Source: Polyangiaceae bacterium (GTDB lineage Bacteria > Myxococcota_A > Polyangia > Polyangiales > Polyangiaceae). From it: a stretch of 64,000 nucleotides of DNA. Both the position numbers and the translations under genes were made by a program. The DNA lies in NCBI GenBank assembly GCA_965222375.1, contig CBDCTZ010000014.1:864001-928000 (forward strand), given 5' to 3'. Positions 9,111 through 18,228 of the stretch are shown piece after piece. The notes under the pieces are model-generated. The model had not been told where the DNA came from. It made no database searches and saw only the letters and a list, made by a program, of their open reading frames with translations. Every line of letters begins with the position of its first letter. Position 1 is the stretch's first letter.

Positions 9111-10009
9111 CAGCCGTTGTTTGCGCGGCCTTCCTGCCTGGCTGCGGTGGAGTCTCCAGCGATGACTCGCCCGGTGGTTCGGGGGCAGGTGGGGCTGGCG
9201 GTGCAGGAGCGTCGGCTACCGGTGGCGCTGTGGGCACGGGGGGTACTAGCTCCGGTGGTACTGGCGCAGCCGCGCCGCGCTGTCCAACGGGGCGGGGTCC
9301 GGCGATGGCGGAGCTGTCCTTTCAGGGCTTCGAGTTCTGCATCGACACCACCGAAGTGACTGTGGCCCAGTACGCTCCGTACTTGGACGACATCGCCCAA
9401 GGCCACACTCCCGAGCAGCGCCCGGAGTGCGACTTCAACACCAACTTCGAGCCCGCGTTCAACAAGTGGATCGTTTACAAGGAACACCCAACGCATCCAA
9501 TCCGAGGTGTGGACTGGTGCGACGCAGATGCGTTTTGCCGGTGGGCGGGAAAACGCTTGTGCCGTTCCGTGGAGGGGAAGCCGATCACCTGGCAGGACTT
9601 CACTGCCACGGACAAGGACTTTCCGCCCCTCAGCAGCGAGTGGGGTGTCGCGTGCTCGTCCGGCGGGCAGTACAAATACACCTACGGCAACGAGCCCCAG
9701 CCTGGCGTTTGTGCAGACCCCACAAGTGCACCGACCAGCAACGTTCCGCCGGACCTGCCCGCGGGAGGCTTGCCCGGGTGTCAGTCTCCCGATCCAGCGT
9801 TTGCGGGTGTGTACGACCTATCCGGTCACATTCGAGAGTGGGAAGACGCTTGCGAGGCATCGACGGGCAAGGACGACTTTTGTCTTGTGCGTGGCGAAGG
9901 CCTGACTCGTGATGCGAAGCACCAGCTGTGCCTGGTGGGGGACATTCGGCCTCGGGCAAACGCCGACTTTTCGAACGGTATTCGTTGTTGCGCTGATGTT
10001 GTGCAGTGA
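9095..10009 (+). CDS. FGE-sulfatase (SUMF1) domain lipoprotein
   Basis: FLPGC lipobox, Gly linker, FCIDTTEVTVAQY, HPIRGVDWCDA.AFC.WAGKRL, EW, YDLSGHIREW, GIRCC. Confidence 0.9.
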   Translation: MRSILTAVVCAAFLPGCGGVSSDDSPGGSGAGGAGGAGASATGGAVGTGGTSSGGTGAAAPRCPTGRGPAMAELSFQGFEFCIDTTEVTVAQYAPYLDDIAQGHTPEQRPECDFNTNFEPAFNKWIVYKEHPTHPIRGVDWCDADAFCRWAGKRLCRSVEGKPITWQDFTATDKDFPPLSSEWGVACSSGGQYKYTYGNEPQPGVCADPTSAPTSNVPPDLPAGGLPGCQSPDPAFAGVYDLSGHIREWEDACEASTGKDDFCLVRGEGLTRDAKHQLCLVGDIRPRANADFSNGIRCCADVVQ

Positions 10010-10155
10010 TGCCCAGGCTGGGCGAGGCAGTGTGCTAGTTCACGGGCACGTCGCCGTGCGCCTTCGGCGATCTGCTGTCCGGTTCACGACCACGTGCCTG
10101 CTGGCGTGACCATCGTTTCACGCGACCTTCGCCCCTCCGGGTGCTGCGATCGCCC

Positions 10156-10767
10156 TCACCACAGGCTGTTTTTCGCGCGCTCGGGCCATTCTTCGTCGTA
10201 GGCGTCGCCGTCGATTTGTCCGCTGCTCAGGGTGTCGAGGATCTGCCCCGCGGTCGGTAGCCCTTTCGGATCGACGTACTTGTCCGGGTTCCACAGCTCT
10301 GAGCGCACGATTGCGCGGGCGCATTGGAAAAAGACGGTCTCGATGTTGACCGTGATCACGGTGCGCGGAGCCTTGCCGTCGATGGCGAAGGATTCGAGCA
10401 GATCGGCGTCCGCTCGGATCTCGGCGCGGCCGTTGATGCGCAGAGTATTGCCGACGCCCGGGATCATGAACAGCAGTGCCACCCGAGGGTCCTGAACGAT
10501 GTTGCTCAAAGAGTCGATGCGGTTGTTGCCGCGGCGGTCGGGCAACAGAAGGGTGGCGTCGTCTACGATCCTCACGAAACCGGGATGATCGCCCCGTGGT
10601 GAACAATCCAGACCTTCGGGGCCGCTGGTGGCCAGGATGGCGAAGGGAGACGCCTGAAGCAGTGCTCGGTACTCGAGGGTCAGGCGCGATACCTCCTTCA
10701 CCGTCGCGGCTTCGCGGACGGATCCATACAGGGCCTGCAGCTCCTCGAGACTACGAATCGTCGGCAT
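10156..10767 (-). CDS. Pyridoxamine 5'-phosphate oxidase-related FMN-binding protein
   Basis: DCSPRGD.PGFV...LPDRRGNNRIDSL.NI..DPRVALLF.IPG, FFQCARA.VRS.LW. Confidence 0.9.
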   Translation of the reverse strand: MPTIRSLEELQALYGSVREAATVKEVSRLTLEYRALLQASPFAILATSGPEGLDCSPRGDHPGFVRIVDDATLLLPDRRGNNRIDSLSNIVQDPRVALLFMIPGVGNTLRINGRAEIRADADLLESFAIDGKAPRTVITVNIETVFFQCARAIVRSELWNPDKYVDPKGLPTAGQILDTLSSGQIDGDAYDEEWPERAKNSLW

Positions 10768-10872
10768 GGCGGCGTCAGGCTCACACGGCGCGCTGAAGCC
10801 CCGCAAGCTTCAAATCAGTGTTCTGGCTGCGCCCCGTTGCGATTGGATCGGACTGGCCTTACGGTGGCCGCG

Positions 10873-11523
10873 ATGACGACGAAAGACGATCTCGACGACG
10901 ACGCGCCCGACAACGCGGAGCGTGATGCGGACGACGCGGAGGCCGACCAGGCAGAGTCCGTTGATGCGGATTCCGACGCTGGCGAGCCGGAGGGTTCGGC
11001 AGCCGAGGACTCCGAGGCTTCTCAGGCCGAGGCAGGAGGTGGCGAGTCTGAGGATGCCGAAGCGTCGCCTCGGCTGCGCACGCGCAAGAAGAAGAGGAAG
11101 AAGAAGCGCGCTGCCCCGGCAAGGTACGACTACGCCGAACGCAGGCAAGCCCTCGAAGGCCGTTGGACGGGCGGTCACCTCTTCCTGACTGCGATCATCG
11201 CACTGGGGATCGGCGCGTTCGCCGGCTACAACTTGCGAGGGGACGGCAGCTCCGACGGCTCCGACACTACCGGCGCGGCTCTGTCAACGGATCCGGTCTC
11301 CGGAAACCCCGTGTCGCCCGTCGCCTCTGCCGCGCCCGCGGCGCCCGCTGGAGCCGACAAGTACGGCCGCGCGCCCGGCAGCGAACACTTTGGTCACGAT
11401 CATCCGCTCGATGGCGGCCCGGCCGCGCCCGCTGCTCCGGCCGCGCCCGCACCGGCTGGCACGGGTCCCGACAAGTTCGGGCGCACGCCGGGCAGCGAGC
11501 ACTACGGTCACAATCATGAGTGA
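10873..11523 (+). CDS. Single-pass membrane protein: acidic N-terminus, basic patch, TM helix, two His-rich DKxGRxPGSEHxGHxH motifs
   Basis: ORF composition; TM LFLTAIIALGIGAFAGY; duplicated motif at 11356-11403 and 11470-11517. Confidence 0.7.
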   Translation: MTTKDDLDDDAPDNAERDADDAEADQAESVDADSDAGEPEGSAAEDSEASQAEAGGGESEDAEASPRLRTRKKKRKKKRAAPARYDYAERRQALEGRWTGGHLFLTAIIALGIGAFAGYNLRGDGSSDGSDTTGAALSTDPVSGNPVSPVASAAPAAPAGADKYGRAPGSEHFGHDHPLDGGPAAPAAPAAPAPAGTGPDKFGRTPGSEHYGHNHE

Positions 11524-11797
11524 CGCGCGCTGCGGGCGACGTCGCTGAAGTCGCGGTTGGCACTGTCAGGGACTGTTGCGCATGCGTCCGTTTGCTTGAC
11601 GGACGTCAGGTTGGTCTATTCAGCAGGGGAACCGATTTGGTTCCAGGGCATGACTCGGAACGTTCCGAGTTCCGCCCCGGGCCAACAAGGCGCAGTATCG
11701 CGCCGATTTGTCCCTGCCCCGAAGCTTGCGTTCGTCTTTGTGTCTGGGCGCCGCGGCCGCCGGGCTGAGACGAACTCGTGTTACGGAGCGAATTGTC

Positions 11798-13732
11798 ATG
11801 AACACATACGCGAAGGTCAGGAAAGAGATTCTTGGGGTGGCTCTCGGAGCCCTGGTCCTCGTCGCCGGTTGCGGTAGCGACTCGGACGGCGCGGGCGCCG
11901 GAGGCAAGGGCGGCACCGCGGGCAGTGGTGGCTCCGGCAACGCTGCGGGGGCATCGGGAAGCGCTGGCTCGGGTGCGAGCAGCGGCAGCGCTGGCGCTGG
12001 AGCAACCGGTGGAACGGCCGGCTCGGGAGGATCAGCGGGTAGCGGCGGCACGCCGCAAACCGGCGTGCCCTGGGAATCGAAATTCTCGCTGCCGCCCCAG
12101 GGCGCGAACGGGTTTTCAATTTTGAAACCTTCGTCGGATTCGCGCATCGTCTACGTGAGCGACTCCCAAGGCAACGATTCGACGGGTGCCACCTATTCAC
12201 CGACCAGCCCAGAGGTGGGGGCGGATCCCACGATGCCGTCGGGCAGCATCAAAGCCTACAAGTCGATCGCTACCGCCTTGGGCGCCGTGCGCAAGGATTT
12301 CCCGGATTGGGTGCTTCTGGCGCGGGGTGACACCTGGACCATCGGTTCTGCGGTCAACCCGATATCCGGACGTTCGGCAACGGAGCGGCAAGTGCTCGGC
12401 TCCTACGGCTCGGGCGCCGCGCGCCCCCTGATCAAAACAGGCACTTCCGGTGGGCTCAGGTTCTGGAAAGAGATCCGCTACGTCGCGGTTGTCGGCCTGC
12501 ACTTCCATGCGGATGGGCGTGATCCCAACTCGCCTAGCTTTGCTGGGTTCGGAAACGTCGGCTCGGCAACAGGCTTTCAGAGCTACGCGACCGCGGGCCC
12601 TGCCTCCAACCGGACCATCCTGATTGAAGACTGCGCCTTCGATTTCTACTCCAACAACACCGTTCAGGGTCCTGTGACGACCGAGGACTTCATCGTGCGG
12701 CGCAACATCATCACCAACAACTACAGTGACACTGCCCACTCCCAGGGCATGTACTCAAAGGACTCGTCCATCCTCTTGGAAGAGAACCTCTTCGACCACA
12801 ACGGTTGGTACAAGCAGTCCTACGTCCAGCTCAACGACAAGGCGGAGGGGCAAGCGACGTTTTTCAATCACAACATCTACTTCGTCAACATGCACGAGAC
12901 GATCGTGCGTCGGAATCTGTTCCTGCGGGCATCGAGCATTGGCACCAAGTTCACAGCGAACCCTCCGGGCGGCACGGATCAGGTGATGACCAGCGATCTG
13001 CTTTTGGACAACAACCTATTCGTAGAAGGCGAGATCGGGATCTCGGCGGGCGGCAACACGGACAACGACAACGGCCACCGCTGGAAGAACATGCTGATCA
13101 CCAACAATGTATTCGTCGACATCGGGCGGGGTCGTCCGACGAATCGGTCACTCGGCTGGGGCCTCGACGTCAACGACTGGGACGGCGGCAAGGTCACCGG
13201 CAACGTTTTTGCCCACTATGGTAGCGCCCAGGTCACCAACATTTACGCCATCAACGTCAAGGGGCACACCAAGGAAGTGACGCTCGACGGTAACGTGCTG
13301 CATGGGCTCGACGCCAGCCGGCACGCGGTCAAGTTCGATGGTGCGCCCAAGAGCGGACTCACCTTCACGGGCAACGAGCTCCAGTTCGCCGGGACCAACA
13401 TGCTCTTCGTCGATTCTCAGTACGTCGCGCCCGGCACCTTCGACAACAATACCTACTTCACGGCGGCCACGAACCAGCCCTTCAAAGCCAAGGGCAGCGA
13501 CGTCGACTTTCCAGGCTGGCAGGCGCAGGTTGGCGCTCCCGGCTCGAAGGTCGCGCAAGCTAGCTATCCGGATGCCGGACGTAACGTCGAGAGCTACATG
13601 ACGTCCCAAGGCAAAGCCGCGACTCTCGACGCCTTCATTGCCGAGGCGAAGAAGCAATCCAAGCGAGCCTGGAGCGGCGCCTTCACCGCCGACGCCGTCA
13701 ACAGCTACGTTCGCGCCGGATACGGTAAGTAG
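11798..13732 (+). CDS. Lipoprotein with right-handed parallel beta-helix (pectin-lyase-like) domain
   Basis: LVAGC lipobox, GSA linker, VYVSDSQGND, LLARGDTW, repeated xIxxNxF strands, HNIY. Confidence 0.75.
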   Translation: MNTYAKVRKEILGVALGALVLVAGCGSDSDGAGAGGKGGTAGSGGSGNAAGASGSAGSGASSGSAGAGATGGTAGSGGSAGSGGTPQTGVPWESKFSLPPQGANGFSILKPSSDSRIVYVSDSQGNDSTGATYSPTSPEVGADPTMPSGSIKAYKSIATALGAVRKDFPDWVLLARGDTWTIGSAVNPISGRSATERQVLGSYGSGAARPLIKTGTSGGLRFWKEIRYVAVVGLHFHADGRDPNSPSFAGFGNVGSATGFQSYATAGPASNRTILIEDCAFDFYSNNTVQGPVTTEDFIVRRNIITNNYSDTAHSQGMYSKDSSILLEENLFDHNGWYKQSYVQLNDKAEGQATFFNHNIYFVNMHETIVRRNLFLRASSIGTKFTANPPGGTDQVMTSDLLLDNNLFVEGEIGISAGGNTDNDNGHRWKNMLITNNVFVDIGRGRPTNRSLGWGLDVNDWDGGKVTGNVFAHYGSAQVTNIYAINVKGHTKEVTLDGNVLHGLDASRHAVKFDGAPKSGLTFTGNELQFAGTNMLFVDSQYVAPGTFDNNTYFTAATNQPFKAKGSDVDFPGWQAQVGAPGSKVAQASYPDAGRNVESYMTSQGKAATLDAFIAEAKKQSKRAWSGAFTADAVNSYVRAGYGK

Positions 13733-13885
13733 CTCTCAACGAGCGTGGGTTCCTGGCAGGGTGCTCGCGAGCGGTGCGGTCCTGCCTGGTGGGTCGCCGG
13801 GAAGTGACAGTTCCCGGTGGGAGGTAGCGCTTCCGCTGGGGCAGGTCACAGCCGCAATTCTTCGACGAAAGCTCTGCTTCGCGCC

Positions 13886-13901
13886 TGGCATCTCGCTTGC
13901 A
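13886..13901 (+). promoter_or_regulatory. sigma54 -24/-12 promoter
   Basis: TGGCATCTCGCTTGCA, GG-N10-GC spacing, ending 17 bp upstream of ATG 13919. Confidence 0.65.
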
Positions 13902-13918
13902 CATTGGGTTGTGTCACC

Positions 13919-16078
13919 ATGATAACCAACCTTTTGAATTCCTCGCGACCCTCCGTGCTCTCTGTCTTGGGTGCTGCGCTGCTCTGCGTCAGCGGCTGTG
14001 GAGATTCCGGTGACTCTTCTGGCGGACGTGCCGCCGCTGGGGGCGCAGCCGGCTCCGGTGCAAGCGCCGGAGCGGCTGGCACGGCGACGGGCGGCATGGC
14101 TGGCCAGGCTGGTGCCGGAGGCAGCGCCGGTGCAGGCGGGTCCGGCCAGTGCACCACCCCGGAGTTGGGGCCCGAGGCATTCAAGGCCATCGACAACGGA
14201 GTCCTGAACAGCGAAATCGTGATCGACGACGCGGCTGCGAAATCGGCTGACGCGGCTGCATTGGAACTGCAGGAACACTTGAAGCTCGCCACGGGTGTCG
14301 AGGTCCCGATTGTGCAGCCCCCGAACGCCGGTGACGACAGCAAACCTCGCTTCATCATTGGGCCAGGCACGATCACCGACAGCCTCAAGCTCGGTGGTCC
14401 CAAACTGGAGATCGAGGCCTTTCGCGTCGTGACAAAGGGTGACGACATCGTGTTTCTCGGCGCGGACCAGTCGGGCAGCGGCCAAAACTACAGCCCAGCG
14501 ACCCGCTGGGCGGTGCAGGACTTTCTCGATCGGCAGCTAGGAGTGCACTGGTTATGGCCTGGCCCAGCGGGCACCCACGTGCCCAAGACCGATACGGTGG
14601 TCGTGCACCACGTGGACCGGACCATTCGGCCGGCGCTGGTAGCGCGACGTTTCCGAACGAACAACTACAGCAGCATCCCGACTGAACTGAGGGAGTGGTT
14701 GATCCGGTTTCAGCTCAGTCGCCGAGAGACGACCAAGGCCGGCCACGCTTTCATTAAGTGGTGGGAGCGCTTTTCAGGCAATTCGACCACCAAGAAGTAC
14801 TTCGCGGAGGCGCCAGATGGGTCGATCAAGCTGATCAATCCGGCGCTGCCGAGCTTTTCCAAGCTGAACGTGGGCAACCCAGCGGTGCGTGACCAAATCG
14901 TCACCGACTGGAAGGCAGCAGGCGAACCCAATCAACTCAATCTCACACCGAACGATGGGTCCGGCTTCTGCTCGAGCGACGGCTCCCGGGCGATGGACAA
15001 GCTTTCCCCATCCGATCCCTACCCGTACTCGAAGGATGACGTGTGGAAGGGTGACTCGTCGGTGAGCTTGACGCGTCGCTACGTAAAATTCTGGAACCAG
15101 GTGGCGAAGCAAGTGCGGGCTGAACTCCCAGCAGCTGAGCAAGCTGACATGCAGTTCAACACCCTGGCCTACAGCAGGTATCGCTCGCCACCGCCCGCCG
15201 ACCAGCCCCTGGAGCCCGGCTTCGTCGTCGGCTTGGTGCCCAGCTACTTGGACTATCAGACCTGGGACGGTTGGGCAGCCGCCGGCGTCAAGCGGATTGG
15301 ATTGCGCCCCAATTGGTGGAACATGGGAGGCGACGCGCCGCACATCCCGCTCCACCAAATGGGCACGTACATCCAGCACGCTCAGAAGAACAAGATGGGC
15401 GCAATCGACATGGACTACCTGTTCGGCTACTGGGGCACGCAAGGCGCCAACTACTACCTAGCGGGTCGTTTGATCGTGCGTCCCGATCTCTGCATCGACC
15501 AAATTCTAGACGAATACGCCGCTGCCTTCGGCAAAGCGGCCCCTGACATTCGCAGTTATCTGGACTACTTCGAGCAGCTGACGATCAAGGCCGCCTATCC
15601 GTTTCCCGTTGGCGGAGCGGAGCCCCAAGACCCGAACGGCCTCTACGAGACTCTCCAGAAGCAACACAAATTCGTGTACCACCCGCTTCGCGGAAGTTGG
15701 GAGGTCATTCCGTACCTGTACACCGATGCGGTGTTCAAGGATGCGGAGGCGATCTTGGCCAAAGCCACGGCGGCAGTGACGCCGAACACGCCTGGGGCGA
15801 CCCGAGTTCAGTTTCTGGTCGATTCATTGGCCCACTTCAAAATGCGTCGCACGCTCATCTGTCGACTCTTCCCGAAGAAGCACGCGACCTGCGACGACGC
15901 GGGCTCTGCCGCCTGTCCCGCCAAGAGCTGCGCCAGCAGTGACGACAAGTGCCTGTACCAGGCCGCCGAGGACGCGTGGAATTGCGAGAAGGCCCGCTTG
16001 AACAGTCTCTACGGTCCAGTGGTCAGTGGGCCCGCGAAGCCCAGTCGATTGAATTCCGTTCCGGATCCGGGCGAGTAG
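13919..16078 (+). CDS. Lipoprotein, DUF4838-like / glycoside-hydrolase N-terminal-like domain
   Basis: VSGC lipobox; AALELQEHLKLATG, EAFRV, FLDRQLGVHWLWPG, PNDG.GFC, LAYS.Y..PP, YLAGRL, AFGKAA. Confidence 0.7.
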   Translation: MITNLLNSSRPSVLSVLGAALLCVSGCGDSGDSSGGRAAAGGAAGSGASAGAAGTATGGMAGQAGAGGSAGAGGSGQCTTPELGPEAFKAIDNGVLNSEIVIDDAAAKSADAAALELQEHLKLATGVEVPIVQPPNAGDDSKPRFIIGPGTITDSLKLGGPKLEIEAFRVVTKGDDIVFLGADQSGSGQNYSPATRWAVQDFLDRQLGVHWLWPGPAGTHVPKTDTVVVHHVDRTIRPALVARRFRTNNYSSIPTELREWLIRFQLSRRETTKAGHAFIKWWERFSGNSTTKKYFAEAPDGSIKLINPALPSFSKLNVGNPAVRDQIVTDWKAAGEPNQLNLTPNDGSGFCSSDGSRAMDKLSPSDPYPYSKDDVWKGDSSVSLTRRYVKFWNQVAKQVRAELPAAEQADMQFNTLAYSRYRSPPPADQPLEPGFVVGLVPSYLDYQTWDGWAAAGVKRIGLRPNWWNMGGDAPHIPLHQMGTYIQHAQKNKMGAIDMDYLFGYWGTQGANYYLAGRLIVRPDLCIDQILDEYAAAFGKAAPDIRSYLDYFEQLTIKAAYPFPVGGAEPQDPNGLYETLQKQHKFVYHPLRGSWEVIPYLYTDAVFKDAEAILAKATAAVTPNTPGATRVQFLVDSLAHFKMRRTLICRLFPKKHATCDDAGSAACPAKSCASSDDKCLYQAAEDAWNCEKARLNSLYGPVVSGPAKPSRLNSVPDPGE

Positions 16079-16144
16079 GGCGGGCGTACGGTCCTAACAA
16101 TGTTCGATTGTATGCAGGGCGGTGGCGGCGCTGCCGTCAGAAGC

Positions 16145-16744
16145 ATGAGGCCGTTGAGTGGTGCGCTCGCGCTCGTGGTCCTGGCCGCCTGTGCGACGTC
16201 CAAGGGACCCGCAGCTCCGGCCCCGGCGGCCGAGCCCTATGTCGTTCCCGAGGCGGCGCTGCCGACGGCCCAAGACCTCGAGGGAGCTCCGAATTGTGTG
16301 CGTGCGATGGCTAGGACGCGGACGTGTTTCGCTGACCAAACGAAAAACGGTGGCAAACGGACGTGCCCTCCAGGGCAGCCCAAGGCGCTGCAGCGCACGG
16401 ACCTGGGGTTGGGTGGCAAGGCGGATGTGATCCCATACCAGTTAGAGCGGGCCTGGAACGATCTTTTGAAATGCAACGTGGTGTTGAAGAGAGCAGAGCT
16501 GTCGGAAGGCGAGCGCGCCACCCTGAACGGGCTGGGTTTTCCGAACCGAGTCGGCGACCAGCAGCACACCGTGCTCTCTGGCCAGGTGAAGCTGAGCCAC
16601 CTCTTTTGCCTGTACGAGGTCGAGATCGTGAAGCTCGTGGAATGTGAAATGCCACCGCCTGTGGTGGGCGGCGACGCGCAGACCCGGCTGGATCTTCACC
16701 GGGACGTGACCGTCTTCTTTCTGAGCCGTTCTCCACTCGGGTAG
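16145..16744 (+). CDS. Hypothetical lipoprotein
   Basis: VLAAC lipobox, Pro/Ala linker. Confidence 0.6.
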   Translation: MRPLSGALALVVLAACATSKGPAAPAPAAEPYVVPEAALPTAQDLEGAPNCVRAMARTRTCFADQTKNGGKRTCPPGQPKALQRTDLGLGGKADVIPYQLERAWNDLLKCNVVLKRAELSEGERATLNGLGFPNRVGDQQHTVLSGQVKLSHLFCLYEVEIVKLVECEMPPPVVGGDAQTRLDLHRDVTVFFLSRSPLG

Positions 16745-16747
16745 CGG

Positions 16748-16860
16748 GACCCCTCCTGAGGCGGCGGAGCCGGCGATTTGGAGGGGGTCGACCGGCCCTT
16801 GAGGGAGGCCCTCGGTACTGCCTGCTTGGGGGTGCGCGTCGGGGTCGGGCGGGGGGAGGC
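16748..16860. repeat. GC-rich intergenic palindromic (REP-like) element
   Basis: GACCCCTCC...GGAGGGGGTC inverted pair followed by further GGCC stems and G-runs; only one copy seen in the window. Confidence 0.35.
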
Positions 16861-17007
16861 ACCCAAAACACCAATCCGCCTGACGGGTGTGGTTCGGTGT
16901 CACAGATCTGGGCTCCCGCCAGTTCACGGTCCTCGGCGGTTTCCAAACAATTGCTCGGCACTGAGGCCGGGCATGGGCGTTGCATTCGTCTTGTCGTCGT
17001 GGCGTGG

Positions 17008-17757
17008 ATGGGCAAGTTTCGAAACGTAGGCGTCGGGCTCTCGCTTGGCCTGGCGGTCGCCACGCTGGGCACTGCTGCGGCGGGTGAGCCTCGGCGGGTG
17101 CGGCGACCGGTGCTTGCGTTGACGCCAGCGCAGAGCTTTTCCTGGGCGGCCGGCGGCGCCACGGTCCAGAGAGCGGGGCCGCCACCGGCTGAGTTTCGGC
17201 GTGCGTTTTTCCGGGTGCAACGGGCGATGGCGCCGGTGTGTGGCAAGCGCTGTGGCGCGGTGGTGCTGGTGCGGGACAACAAGATGACGAGTGCCGGGCA
17301 GGCTCGCCCAGGACGGGGCTACACCACTTTGGCCGTCAATCCGGCGAATGCGGTTGGGTGGAAGCTGGCGTTCGGGCACAACGGGCCGCTGCTCGTGATG
17401 GCACATGAATACGCTCACCACCTGGACATCCAGAACAGACTTGGGGGCGTGGCGACGGGCGACGAATGGCCTGCGGAGCTCTTGGCGGACACGATTGCGG
17501 GCTGCGCTCTGGCTCGGAGCGGGGTTTCATGGCGCAAGCTGGCGCGAGCGTTGCGTTTCGTACGGAGTGTCGACTTCGACCATTACTTTGACCACCCTCA
17601 CGGTGCCGATGTGGCGCGAGCACTCCGCGCAGGTCACAAGCGTTGCCTGGCACGCAACCCTCCGACTCTGGAGGAACTCGTGCGCGATACCCGCGACGTC
17701 TGGCGCGTGTTTCGGCCGGGACCGCTTCGCGAGGTGGTTCGATCTAGGCGTCGCTAG
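17008..17757 (+). CDS. Exported HExxH zinc metallopeptidase-like protein
   Basis: Signal peptide; MAHEYAHH, ELLAD..AG and a downstream H as in zincin/M48-like proteins. Confidence 0.7.
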   Translation: MGKFRNVGVGLSLGLAVATLGTAAAGEPRRVRRPVLALTPAQSFSWAAGGATVQRAGPPPAEFRRAFFRVQRAMAPVCGKRCGAVVLVRDNKMTSAGQARPGRGYTTLAVNPANAVGWKLAFGHNGPLLVMAHEYAHHLDIQNRLGGVATGDEWPAELLADTIAGCALARSGVSWRKLARALRFVRSVDFDHYFDHPHGADVARALRAGHKRCLARNPPTLEELVRDTRDVWRVFRPGPLREVVRSRRR

Positions 17758-17758
17758 A

Positions 17759-18181
17759 TCAAGTCTTCAGGAAGCGCTTGGGGTTCTGATTGAAGCGCGC
17801 GGCGCAGCCGGGACAGCATACGGGGTACTTCTTCCCCTCGTGGTTGACGAACACCGTGTTGGGGCGCACGACGAACTTCCCTCCGCTGACTACACAGGTC
17901 GTGCGGTCTCCGAGCTTGGCCTGGTGGGATGGGACGAGGGTCTTGCCGGCTTTAGCGGCCTGCTTGCCTTGGCAACCGCAGCTTTCACCTTTCGCGACCT
18001 TGTTGCCACCGCCGCAGCACGAGCCCGTGGCTTCGTCTCCACAAACGCCGCCTTTCTGCGCCACCGTTTTCGTGGCCGTGGCTGAGTTCGTTTTCGCTGC
18101 CTTCTGACCCTCGGGTTGGGGGCGTTCCTCGGTCATGCAGCCGGGCAGCAATAAGGCAAAAGAGAGGGCAAAAACGCGCAT
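17759..18181 (-). CDS. Cys-rich lipoprotein with YHS/TRASH metal-binding domain
   Basis: LLPGC lipobox; CVVSG...HEGKKYPVCCPGCAARFNQNPKRF. Confidence 0.78.
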   Translation of the reverse strand: MRVFALSFALLLPGCMTEERPQPEGQKAAKTNSATATKTVAQKGGVCGDEATGSCCGGGNKVAKGESCGCQGKQAAKAGKTLVPSHQAKLGDRTTCVVSGGKFVVRPNTVFVNHEGKKYPVCCPGCAARFNQNPKRFLKT

Positions 18182-18228
18182 GGCGCTTAGCCTAGCGTCT
18201 CCCACGGAGGGTTCAAGCCCTCTGGCGC

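Noticed and set aside
6637..10110. Diversity-generating retroelement (Avd-like gene near an FGE-sulfatase/C-type-lectin-fold gene)
   Set aside because: No reverse transcriptase in the window, and no template/variable repeat pair differing at adenines near the 3' end of 9095-10009
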